Source of the DNA: an uncultured Anaeroplasmatales bacterium
GTDB lineage: Bacteria; Bacillota_I; Bacilli_A; Acholeplasmatales; WRBM01
Reading direction: 5' to 3'
NCBI GenBank assembly: GCA_964478425.1
Contig: CAYZIB010000005.1
Span: 5,297-69,296 of the forward strand
Length of the DNA: 64,000 bases
The notes under the pieces were generated by a model, which was given only the letters and a program-made list of their open reading frames with translations, did no database searches and was not told the origin of the DNA. A program made the position numbers and the translations under genes. This document shows positions 8,789 through 17,125 of this stretch, piece after piece. Positions within the stretch are counted from its first letter, which is position 1. Each line of letters begins with the position of its first letter.

Positions 8789-11227
8789 ATGTTAAAATTA
8801 GTTAATATTAAAAAAGATTATATTACTCAAAATTTAAAAACAGAAGCTTTAAAAGGTATTAATATTGAATTTAGAAAAAGTGAATTTGTATCAATATTAG
8901 GTCCAAGTGGATGTGGTAAAACAACGTTATTAAATATTATAGGTGGTCTTGATCAATATACAAGTGGAAATTTAATTATTAATAACCAAGAAACAAAAGA
9001 ATATCAAGATAGAGATTGGGATGATTATAGAAATCATCGAATAGGATTTGTTTTTCAAAGTTATAATTTAATCCCTCATCAAACTGTTTTAAGTAATGTT
9101 GAACTTGCTTTAACATTATCTGGTGTATCAAAAGAAGAAAGAAGAAAAAGAGCTAAAGAAGCTTTAAAAAAGGTTGGATTAGAAAACCAAATTAATAAAA
9201 AACCTAATCAATTAAGTGGAGGTCAAATGCAAAGAGTTGCAATCGCAAGAGCTTTAGTAAATGATCCAGAAATAATCCTTGCAGATGAACCTACAGGTGC
9301 ACTTGATACTGAAACATCTATTCAAGTAATGGAATTATTAAAAGAAATTTCGAATAATAAACTAATTATTATGGTTACTCATAATCCAGAATTAGCTAAT
9401 AATTATGCAACTAGAATAGTTAAATTATTAGATGGTAATATTATAGATGATTCTAATCCTTATAAAAGTGATGAAGTAGTTATAAAAAAAGATGAAAATA
9501 TGAAAAAATCTACTAAGAAAAATAAAAAAGCACATATGAGTTTTTTTACAGCTTTATCTTTAAGTTTAAATAATTTATTTACTAAAAAAGGAAGAACAAT
9601 TTTAACTGCATTTGCAGGAAGTATTGGTATAATTGGAATTGCATTAATATTATCAATATCTAGTGGATTTCAAAAATATATTGATCAAATTCAAGCTGAT
9701 ACTTTATCTGCATATCCACTACAAATAACAAGTCAAACTGCAAATTATGATTCAATATTAAATCAAATGCAAAATCAAGTAAATAAAGAAAAATATCCTA
9801 CTGAACAAGTAATAACTTCTCAAGATATGCTAATAAAAATGCTTGAAACAATGACATCTAATTCTTATAAAAATGATTTAAAAGAATTTAAAAAATATAT
9901 AACCGATAACAAAGATAAATTTGATAAATATACAAATGCAATATCATATGGATATGATGTTACATTAAATATATATTCTTATGATAATAAAAATAATGTT
10001 CAACAATTAAATCCCTATACATTACCAGATGATTTAAAAACATATTTATCACCAATAGAAAATATGATGCAAAATTTAGTCATTTGGCAAGAAATGTTTG
10101 ATAATAAAGATTTATTAAATCAACAATATGATTTAATAGATGGCTCATGGCCTAATAATTACAATGAATTAGTTTTAGTAGTTGATGAATATAATCAAAT
10201 ATTTGATTATCAATTATTAGCACTGGGATTAAAAGATACTGATGAATTAAGAAGTTTATTAAATCCAACAATTGAAGTAGAAAAAAAATCAAGTTTTTCA
10301 TTTAGTGATATTAAAAATAAAACATATAAATTAAATGTAACAACCGATTTTTATGAAAAAATAGATAATAAATATGTAAAAATAAGTGATCAAAACAGTA
10401 TTAATGAAATAGTAAATAATGGTCTTGATTTAAAAATATCAGGAATTATAAGACCAAAAGAAGGAGTTAGTTCTACATCAATTACAGGAGCAATAGGTTA
10501 TAGTAGTGAATTAACTAAATATGTAATTGATAAAATTAATGATTCCGATATTGTAAAAGAACAAATTAATAACCCAAATATTAATATCTTTACAAATGAA
10601 GAATTTAAAAATACTGAATCATATGAACAAAATTTAGCATTATTACAAGTTTGTGATTACTTAGATCCGAGTTCAATAAATTTTTATCCAATAGGTTTTA
10701 ATGAAAAAGATGAATTAGTTAATTTAATTAATGAATATAATAGTACTGTTGATGATTCTAAAAAAATTAAATATACAGATTATTTAGGAGTAATGATGAG
10801 TTCAATTAGTACAATAATAAATGCAATATCTTATGTATTAATGGCATTTGTATCAGTTTCATTAATTGTTTCATCAATAATGATTGGAATTATAACATAT
10901 ATATCAGTTTTAGAAAGAACAAAAGAGATTGGTATTTTAAGATCAATAGGAGCAAGCAAGCACGATGTAAGTAATGTATTTAATGCTGAAACATTAATAA
11001 TCGGATTTACATCAGGAATGCTTGGAATAATTGTTACTTTATTATGTATCATTCCAATTAATATATTATTAAAGAGTTTAACAAATATTGGAAATTTAGC
11101 ATATTTACCTGTTGGAGGAGCTATTATACTTGTTGTAATTAGTATGTTATTAACTGTAATTTCTGGATTATTCCCAGCAAAATATGCTTCTAAAAAAGAT
11201 CCTGTTGTTGCTTTGAGAAGTGAATAA
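8789..11227 (+). CDS. fused ABC transporter ATPase + FtsX/MacB-type permease
   Basis: 812 aa. Walker A is GPSGCGKTT, the signature is LSGGQMQRVAIARAL and Walker B is ILADEPTGALD. A TM helix, a large extracytoplasmic domain and a C-terminal FtsX-like 3-TM bundle follow. The gap to marR is 1 nt. Confidence 0.85.
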   Translation: MLKLVNIKKDYITQNLKTEALKGINIEFRKSEFVSILGPSGCGKTTLLNIIGGLDQYTSGNLIINNQETKEYQDRDWDDYRNHRIGFVFQSYNLIPHQTVLSNVELALTLSGVSKEERRKRAKEALKKVGLENQINKKPNQLSGGQMQRVAIARALVNDPEIILADEPTGALDTETSIQVMELLKEISNNKLIIMVTHNPELANNYATRIVKLLDGNIIDDSNPYKSDEVVIKKDENMKKSTKKNKKAHMSFFTALSLSLNNLFTKKGRTILTAFAGSIGIIGIALILSISSGFQKYIDQIQADTLSAYPLQITSQTANYDSILNQMQNQVNKEKYPTEQVITSQDMLIKMLETMTSNSYKNDLKEFKKYITDNKDKFDKYTNAISYGYDVTLNIYSYDNKNNVQQLNPYTLPDDLKTYLSPIENMMQNLVIWQEMFDNKDLLNQQYDLIDGSWPNNYNELVLVVDEYNQIFDYQLLALGLKDTDELRSLLNPTIEVEKKSSFSFSDIKNKTYKLNVTTDFYEKIDNKYVKISDQNSINEIVNNGLDLKISGIIRPKEGVSSTSITGAIGYSSELTKYVIDKINDSDIVKEQINNPNINIFTNEEFKNTESYEQNLALLQVCDYLDPSSINFYPIGFNEKDELVNLINEYNSTVDDSKKIKYTDYLGVMMSSISTIINAISYVLMAFVSVSLIVSSIMIGIITYISVLERTKEIGILRSIGASKHDVSNVFNAETLIIGFTSGMLGIIVTLLCIIPINILLKSLTNIGNLAYLPVGGAIILVVISMLLTVISGLFPAKYASKKDPVVALRSE

Positions 11228-11238
11228 CAAATAAAATT

Positions 11239-11268
11239 AACTTATAAGTTTTCTTATAAGTTTTTTTT
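11239..11268 (+). terminator. intrinsic terminator after the ABC gene
   Basis: A 10-bp stem pairs AACTTATAAG with CTTATAAGTT around a 4-nt loop. A T8 run follows. Confidence 0.75.
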
Positions 11269-11312
11269 GTATATAATATTTATTTTTGGTTAAACTAATA
11301 AAGGGTGAAAAA

Positions 11313-11771
11313 ATGAAAAAAATATTATTTTTAAGTTTAATGATGTTTTCTTTTTTAATTTATGGATGTAGTAATAAACAAGATTATTCAGAAATAATTA
11401 AAAAAACTAATACATCAAAAATTATTACAATTAAAGAAGTGGAAAGTATAAAAGACTATGATGAAAATTACAAAGTAATTATATTTGATGTAGAAGAAAT
11501 TAAAACACTTAGAGGAAGTGGAAATAATAATTTTAAAATCGGATATAAAATTAAAAATGATGGTAAATCTGATAGTGAATTACAAACTAAATATCAAAAC
11601 GAATTAAAAGACAAAGTATATATTGTAAATTATAATGCAACTGATATAAAAGATGATTATTTAGTTTTAAATGATAATATGATTGAATTATTAGATTATA
11701 ATATTAAAAAAGAATTTGATAAACAAAGTAAAAAATTAATGAATATTATAAATCAATTTATAAATGTTTAA
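11313..11771 (+). CDS. lipoprotein, unknown function
   Basis: MKKILFLSLMMFSFLIYGC carries the lipobox LIYGC. The ATG at 11313 is preceded by AAGGGTGA. The track start at 11286 is an upstream extension with no RBS. Confidence 0.6.
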   Translation: MKKILFLSLMMFSFLIYGCSNKQDYSEIIKKTNTSKIITIKEVESIKDYDENYKVIIFDVEEIKTLRGSGNNNFKIGYKIKNDGKSDSELQTKYQNELKDKVYIVNYNATDIKDDYLVLNDNMIELLDYNIKKEFDKQSKKLMNIINQFINV

Positions 11772-11774
11772 TAA

Positions 11775-11797
11775 AATCACAAAATGTGATTTTTTTA
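11775..11797 (+). terminator. intrinsic terminator
   Basis: A stem pairs ATCACA with TGTGAT around the loop AAA. A T-run follows. Confidence 0.55.
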
Positions 11798-11903
11798 TTA
11801 ATATAAATGATTATTTATATAATATATTATAATAATATTTAATATAATGTATGTAAGTGAATTTTATAGGTGAATTAATTATAAAATGGTATTAAAAATA
11901 TTA

Positions 11904-11959
11904 TGTAAGCGTTAACTAAACATAAATTTTCATAAAATATTTGATGTAAAACGCTTTCA
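11904..11959. promoter_or_regulatory. two cre-like (CcpA-type) boxes upstream of the opp promoter
   Basis: TGTAAGCGTTAACT (11904-11917) matches TGWAANCGNTNWCA at 13 of 14 positions. GTAAAACGCTTTCA (11946-11959) matches at 12 of 14. CG dinucleotides are otherwise scarce in intergenic DNA here. Confidence 0.3.
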
Positions 11960-11981
11960 TAACAAAATAAATATTTTTTTC

Positions 11982-12010
11982 TTGCCAACATTAATTACCT
12001 GTGATATAAT
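11982..12010 (+). promoter_or_regulatory. opp operon promoter
   Basis: TTGCCA (11982-11987), a 17-nt spacer, then extended -10 TGaTATAAT (12002-12010). Confidence 0.6.
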
Positions 12011-12044
12011 TTACGAAAATTTTTTGAAAGGGAAGGAAAAATTT

Positions 12045-14543
12045 ATGAAATTTAAAAAAATATTTACAGTAGTTTTATTAGCGGCTGTTGTTAGTTTAGC
12101 TTGTGGATGTAAAAGAACACCTAAAGATGAAGCTAAATATACATATCGTTCTACAATAGCTGTTGAACCTTCAGATTTTAACCCTCATACTTGGGAAAAT
12201 AATTCTGACTCAGTTATAAGTGGTTATGCTGAAATTGGATTTATTGAACCAGTTTATGATACAGAAAAAAATGATGGTTCATACACATGGGCATATGAAA
12301 TGGCAACTGCCATTGAAGATTATACAAGTTCTGCAACAGCAGAAGAAAAAGCAAAATGGGGTATTGGTGCAGATGAAACATCTGGTCGTATGTATAAAAT
12401 CTCATTAAATAAAAATGCTAAATGGGCAAATGGGGTAGCAATTAATGCTGATACATATGTTTATTCAATGCAACAATTATTAAACCCTAAAATGCATAAT
12501 TATAGAGCTAATAACTTTATAAGTGGTGATTCTTCAATTGTTGGAGCAAATGATTATTATTGGGGTGGTTGTACAACATTTGTTACACTTGATGAAAATC
12601 CTTCATTTGGTGTTCAAGGTACAGGAGTTTATTTAGATGTTGCGGCTTTAATGTCTGCTGGATTTGGATTAGCACCAGAAGATGTTAAAGGATCAAGATA
12701 TGATTCATATTTAAAATATACTGATGCTAGTGGAAATGATGTATATATCTATGATACATATAGTAAATTATTTGAAGAAGACGGTAGGGTTGAATTAACA
12801 AGCGAATTATTAACTCAATTCTTTGATGATTTTGCTAAAACACCATTCTATGCAGCTATGGGTATGGAATGGCCTAGTGTAAGTACTGTTTTAGAAGTTA
12901 CAAGCAAAACAACTGAATTAACAGAAGCTGACTTAAATGCATTAGGTGATGCAATTTATGTATTATCTGTTCCTTATACTTATGATGAAGTAGAATATGA
13001 TGGGAATGTTGGATTATATAAAGTTGATGAATATACAATTATGTATGTTTTAAATGATTATTATTCTGAATTCTATTTTAAAATGAGTATGAGTTCTACA
13101 TGGTTAGTTTATGAACCATTATATGAAGCAGGTAAGAAAACAACTGGTGATGTAGTAACTACTAACTATGGAACAAGTGTTGATACATATATGTCATATG
13201 GGCCATATAAATTTAGTTCATATGAAGTTGGTAAACAATTAAAATTTACTAGAAATAATAATTGGTATGGATATACTGATGGTAATCACGAAGGACAATA
13301 TCAAACTGATGCGATTGTATTAGATGTTGTTAGTGAACATGCAACAGCATTATTAGGATTCCAACAAGGTTTATATGATGATGTAACATTAGACTCAGTT
13401 GATATGCAAAAATTTGGTAACAGTGAATGGTTAACTGTTGTTAATACAACATATACTTGGCGTTTAGCATTCAATACTGACTTAGAAACATTGAAAAAAC
13501 TTGAAGGAAGTTCAGGAAATAATAAACAAGTATTAGCTAATATTAATTTTAGAAATGCATTTAGTTTAGCAATCGATAGACAAAAATTCGTTAATGAAGC
13601 AGTAGGTGCTGGAAGCCCTGCATATGCATTAATTAATAGTTTATATATGTACGATGTTGAAAATAATCCAAATTCAGTTTATAGATATTCAGAAGCTGCT
13701 ATGGAAGCAATTTGTAGTATGTATGGAATCGAATATGGTGAAGGTAAAACATATAAAACATTAAGAGAAGCTTATGATGCTATTACAGGTTACGATTTAG
13801 ATGAAGCAAGAAGATTAATGCAAGTAGCATATGAAGAATGTATTACTAATGGTACATATACTGATGGTCAACCAATTGTATTAAGCTTAGTTGTTACATC
13901 ACGTGATGCAATCAGTGAAGCAGCAAGAAAAAATGCAACTGTTCTTGATGCATTCTTAAAAGAAGCAGTAAAAGGAACTGGATTTGAAAAAGGTGGAATT
14001 ACATTAGAACCAATTAACTTAAGTGATTATTACAATCAAATGTTAGATGGTGCATGTGAAATGATCTTTGCTGCATGGGGTGGTGCTGTTTACTGGCCAT
14101 ATAATACTATTAAATGTTATGTAAATGATGCAGCTGCAACTACTAAAGTACATGAAGGTGCATGTTGGGATCCATTTAAAGTAAATTTAACTATGACATT
14201 AGATTTTAATGAAGATGGTGAAATTACTGAAGATGAAACAATTACTATGACATATAATAAATGGGGTCAAGAATTAACAAGCGGTAAATATGCTAATAGT
14301 TCATTTGAATTAAAAAATCAAATCATGGCTGAATTAGAAAAAGGAGTATTAAGTTTCTACTATACAATTCCTCTATACTGTGATGCTGATACATCATTAA
14401 ATTCTAAGCGTTTAAATTATATAGCTGATGAATATAATATTATGTATGGTTTCGGTGGATTAAGATATTTAACTTATTCACATACAGATGCTGAATGGAA
14501 AGCATATGTAAAAAGCCAAGGCGGAACATTAAATTACGAATAA
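12045..14543 (+). CDS. oppA: oligopeptide ABC transporter substrate-binding lipoprotein (family 5), unusually large
   Basis: MKFKKIFTVVLLAAVVSLACGC has a lipobox. The ATG at 12045 follows GGAAGGAAAA. SBP family-5-like segments are present and it is the first gene of the oppBCDF cluster. The track start at 11982 overlaps the promoter and is rejected. Confidence 0.8.
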   Translation: MKFKKIFTVVLLAAVVSLACGCKRTPKDEAKYTYRSTIAVEPSDFNPHTWENNSDSVISGYAEIGFIEPVYDTEKNDGSYTWAYEMATAIEDYTSSATAEEKAKWGIGADETSGRMYKISLNKNAKWANGVAINADTYVYSMQQLLNPKMHNYRANNFISGDSSIVGANDYYWGGCTTFVTLDENPSFGVQGTGVYLDVAALMSAGFGLAPEDVKGSRYDSYLKYTDASGNDVYIYDTYSKLFEEDGRVELTSELLTQFFDDFAKTPFYAAMGMEWPSVSTVLEVTSKTTELTEADLNALGDAIYVLSVPYTYDEVEYDGNVGLYKVDEYTIMYVLNDYYSEFYFKMSMSSTWLVYEPLYEAGKKTTGDVVTTNYGTSVDTYMSYGPYKFSSYEVGKQLKFTRNNNWYGYTDGNHEGQYQTDAIVLDVVSEHATALLGFQQGLYDDVTLDSVDMQKFGNSEWLTVVNTTYTWRLAFNTDLETLKKLEGSSGNNKQVLANINFRNAFSLAIDRQKFVNEAVGAGSPAYALINSLYMYDVENNPNSVYRYSEAAMEAICSMYGIEYGEGKTYKTLREAYDAITGYDLDEARRLMQVAYEECITNGTYTDGQPIVLSLVVTSRDAISEAARKNATVLDAFLKEAVKGTGFEKGGITLEPINLSDYYNQMLDGACEMIFAAWGGAVYWPYNTIKCYVNDAAATTKVHEGACWDPFKVNLTMTLDFNEDGEITEDETITMTYNKWGQELTSGKYANSSFELKNQIMAELEKGVLSFYYTIPLYCDADTSLNSKRLNYIADEYNIMYGFGGLRYLTYSHTDAEWKAYVKSQGGTLNYE

Positions 14544-14561
14544 TATTTAAAAAATTATAAA

Positions 14562-14597
14562 GGAGATGTGATTTTATATCACACCTCCAAATTTTTA
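14562..14597 (+). terminator. intra-operon hairpin (attenuator) between oppA and oppB
   Basis: An 11-bp stem pairs GGAGATGTGAT with ATCACACCTCC, with one mismatch. A weak AAATTTTTA tract follows. This placement is typical for SBP versus permease stoichiometry control. Confidence 0.45.
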
Positions 14598-14618
14598 TGA
14601 AAGAAGTGGTATTAAAAC

Positions 14619-15581
14619 ATGTTTAAATATGTATTAAAAAGAATAGGTTTAATGTTGATGAGCTTTTTAATCATTGTTTCAATATGTTTTGTATTAATCA
14701 AATTAGTTCCAGTTACAGATGGAACTGATCAAATTAGAAACGAAACAGAAAAAGCATTAAGAGAAGCGCTTGGTTATAATAAACCAATCATTACACAATT
14801 AGGTATTTATTTAAAAAATTTAGTTACTAAATTAGATTTAGGAATTTCATGGAAAATTCAAAGAACTACACCTGTTTCTCAAATGATTGTATCTAAACTT
14901 CCTCCAACAGTTATTATTAATATTTATTCATTAATATTATCAACACCTATTGGAATTGCTTTAGGTATATATGCAGCACTTAAAAAAAATAAATGGCAAG
15001 ATCATTTTATATCTACAATGGTAATGTTATTTGTTTCTGTGCCTTCATTTGTTTTTGCCTTTATGTTACAATATTTTATTGGATTTAAATGGCATTTATT
15101 ACCTATCCAAATGTCATCACTTTCTGATGCGGGTGGAAGTTATTTTTCATGGACAATGACAAAAAGTTTAATATTACCAGTATTAGCATTATCATTTGGA
15201 TCTATTGCTGGTTTAACAAGATTTACAAGAGCAGAATTAACTGAATCATTAACAAGTGATTATATGTTGCTTGCAAGAACAAAAGGATTAACTAATGGTC
15301 AAGCAGTTACAAGACATGCATTAAAAAATGCAATGGTACCAATTTTTCCTTCTATAATCTCTTCATTTGTATCTGTTTTATCAGGTTCATTAGTTATTGA
15401 AAAAGTATTCAGTATAAATGGAATTGGTGGATTATATATGAGATCAATTTCTGAATTAGATTATGATGTTTTTATGGGATGTAATGTATTCTATATATTT
15501 ATTGGTTTAGCAGCAGCTATTGTTGTTGACTTAAGCTATGGATTCATTGACCCAAGAATAAGAATGGGGGCATCAAAATAA
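14619..15581 (+). CDS. oppB: oligopeptide ABC transporter permease
   Basis: 320 aa with 6 TM helices. The BPD-transport (EAA-loop) region is ...YMLLARTKGL....V..HALKNA. The stop overlaps the oppC ATG. Confidence 0.88.
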   Translation: MFKYVLKRIGLMLMSFLIIVSICFVLIKLVPVTDGTDQIRNETEKALREALGYNKPIITQLGIYLKNLVTKLDLGISWKIQRTTPVSQMIVSKLPPTVIINIYSLILSTPIGIALGIYAALKKNKWQDHFISTMVMLFVSVPSFVFAFMLQYFIGFKWHLLPIQMSSLSDAGGSYFSWTMTKSLILPVLALSFGSIAGLTRFTRAELTESLTSDYMLLARTKGLTNGQAVTRHALKNAMVPIFPSIISSFVSVLSGSLVIEKVFSINGIGGLYMRSISELDYDVFMGCNVFYIFIGLAAAIVVDLSYGFIDPRIRMGASK

Positions 15582-17125
15582 TGGATAAAGATTATAAATT
15601 AACAAAAGAAGATTTTGAATTTGTCAATCTAAATGAAAAAATTCATGATGCTAGATTTGAAACTAAACCAATAGGTTATATGAAAGATGCATGGTTAAGA
15701 TTTAAAAAGAATAAAGCATCAGTATTTGCAGCATTTATTATTTTAATAATCGTTTTATATGGTGTATTATTTCCATTTTTTTCACCATATAAATTATCAG
15801 ATCAAAGAGTAGCATATAGTTATATGCGTCCAAAAAATTTAGCATTTTCTGAATTAAATGTATGGAATGGAACATATACAAAAAGAGGTACTATGGTATC
15901 TTACGCTGAAACAGCAGGAATAGGACTTGGAACATTACATACATATGGTAATGAAAGTGTTGTATATACTATGGATGATATTAGTGATGTTAAATATAAT
16001 CCATTAGGAAAAGTAAAAAGTATTGAATATGACTTTGAAATTCAATATATGAATTATAAAGTAGATCAATATTATCAATTAGGATTTTATGAAAAACAAG
16101 TTACAAAAGATCAATATGAACAAATTGTTGCTTGGCAAGAAGAAAGTGGAATTCAAGTTATTTACCCATTAATTAATAAAACAAATTTACCTGATTCTAA
16201 AAAAGATAATGCCAATATGTGGTATTTAGTAGACTCAAAAGGGTATCCTTTAAATAAAAATGGAAAATCTGTTAAAAAAATAGAAGATTTTAACGAATTA
16301 ATACCAAACTATTTAACTGATAGTGAAGGAAACTATGTTTATACTGAAAATAAAGGTACAAACAGTTATAACATTAGAGTTTTAAGAGTTGCTGAATATG
16401 TTTATGAATATGGAGAAGAACCATCATTCTTACTTGGAACTGATGGTCAAGGATATGATATTGCAACAAGACTTGCATATGGTATTAGATTATCATTATT
16501 ACTTGCAGTTTGTGTTTCTGCAATTAACCTTGTAATTGGTACAATTTATGGTGCTATAGAAGGATATTATGGTGGAACAATCGATTTAATCATGGAAAGA
16601 ATTAGTGATATCTTAGGAAATATACCAACGATGGTTGTTATTACTTTGTTTAATATTTATTTTGTTGAAACCAATAAAGTTTCACCTGCAGTGTCATTTA
16701 TTTTAGCATTCATTGCAACAGGATGGTTAGGTACAGCATATAGAGTTCGTACTCAATTTTATAGATTTAAAGGTCAAGAATATGTGTTAGCCTCTAGAAC
16801 ATTAGGTGCTAAAGATACTAGATTAATGTTTAAACACATTTTCCCTAACTCATTAGGTACAATAATTACATCATCTGTATTAGTAATTCCAGGAGTTATA
16901 TTTAGTGAAACATCATTATCTTATTTGGGTATAATCGATTTAAATGGACCAAACGCTACTTCACTTGGTACATTACTTGCTTCAGGACAACAAAAACTAG
17001 AAAGCTATCCACATGTTATTTTATGGCCTGCAATAATAATTTCATTATTAATGCTTTCATTTAACTTGTTTGGTAATGGGTTAAGAGATGCATTTAACCC
17101 ATCATTGAGAGGAGTTGACGAATAA
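15581..17125 (+). CDS. oppC: oligopeptide ABC transporter permease with about 200-aa extracytoplasmic insertion
   Basis: 514 aa. TM1 is followed by a long loop (aa about 75-280) before the canonical LGTDGQGYDIATRLAYG...SL block. The BPD-transport core lies at the C-terminus. Confidence 0.85.
   Translation: MDKDYKLTKEDFEFVNLNEKIHDARFETKPIGYMKDAWLRFKKNKASVFAAFIILIIVLYGVLFPFFSPYKLSDQRVAYSYMRPKNLAFSELNVWNGTYTKRGTMVSYAETAGIGLGTLHTYGNESVVYTMDDISDVKYNPLGKVKSIEYDFEIQYMNYKVDQYYQLGFYEKQVTKDQYEQIVAWQEESGIQVIYPLINKTNLPDSKKDNANMWYLVDSKGYPLNKNGKSVKKIEDFNELIPNYLTDSEGNYVYTENKGTNSYNIRVLRVAEYVYEYGEEPSFLLGTDGQGYDIATRLAYGIRLSLLLAVCVSAINLVIGTIYGAIEGYYGGTIDLIMERISDILGNIPTMVVITLFNIYFVETNKVSPAVSFILAFIATGWLGTAYRVRTQFYRFKGQEYVLASRTLGAKDTRLMFKHIFPNSLGTIITSSVLVIPGVIFSETSLSYLGIIDLNGPNATSLGTLLASGQQKLESYPHVILWPAIIISLLMLSFNLFGNGLRDAFNPSLRGVDE

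Noticed and set aside
11982-12044. Upstream extensions proposed by the ORF track. They are oppA at 11982, the lipoprotein at 11286, deoB at 23143, pgcA at 44893, gpmI at 51284, apt at 58038, the membrane protein at 37519 and the yrzE-like gene at 60260.
   Set aside because: In each case an internal ATG or TTG has a properly spaced SD, often overlapping the extension's own start. That internal start yields the family-typical N-terminus or signal peptide.
12220-12408. 62-aa same-strand alternative-frame ORF within oppA.
   Set aside because: It is nested out of frame in a supported CDS, with no RBS.
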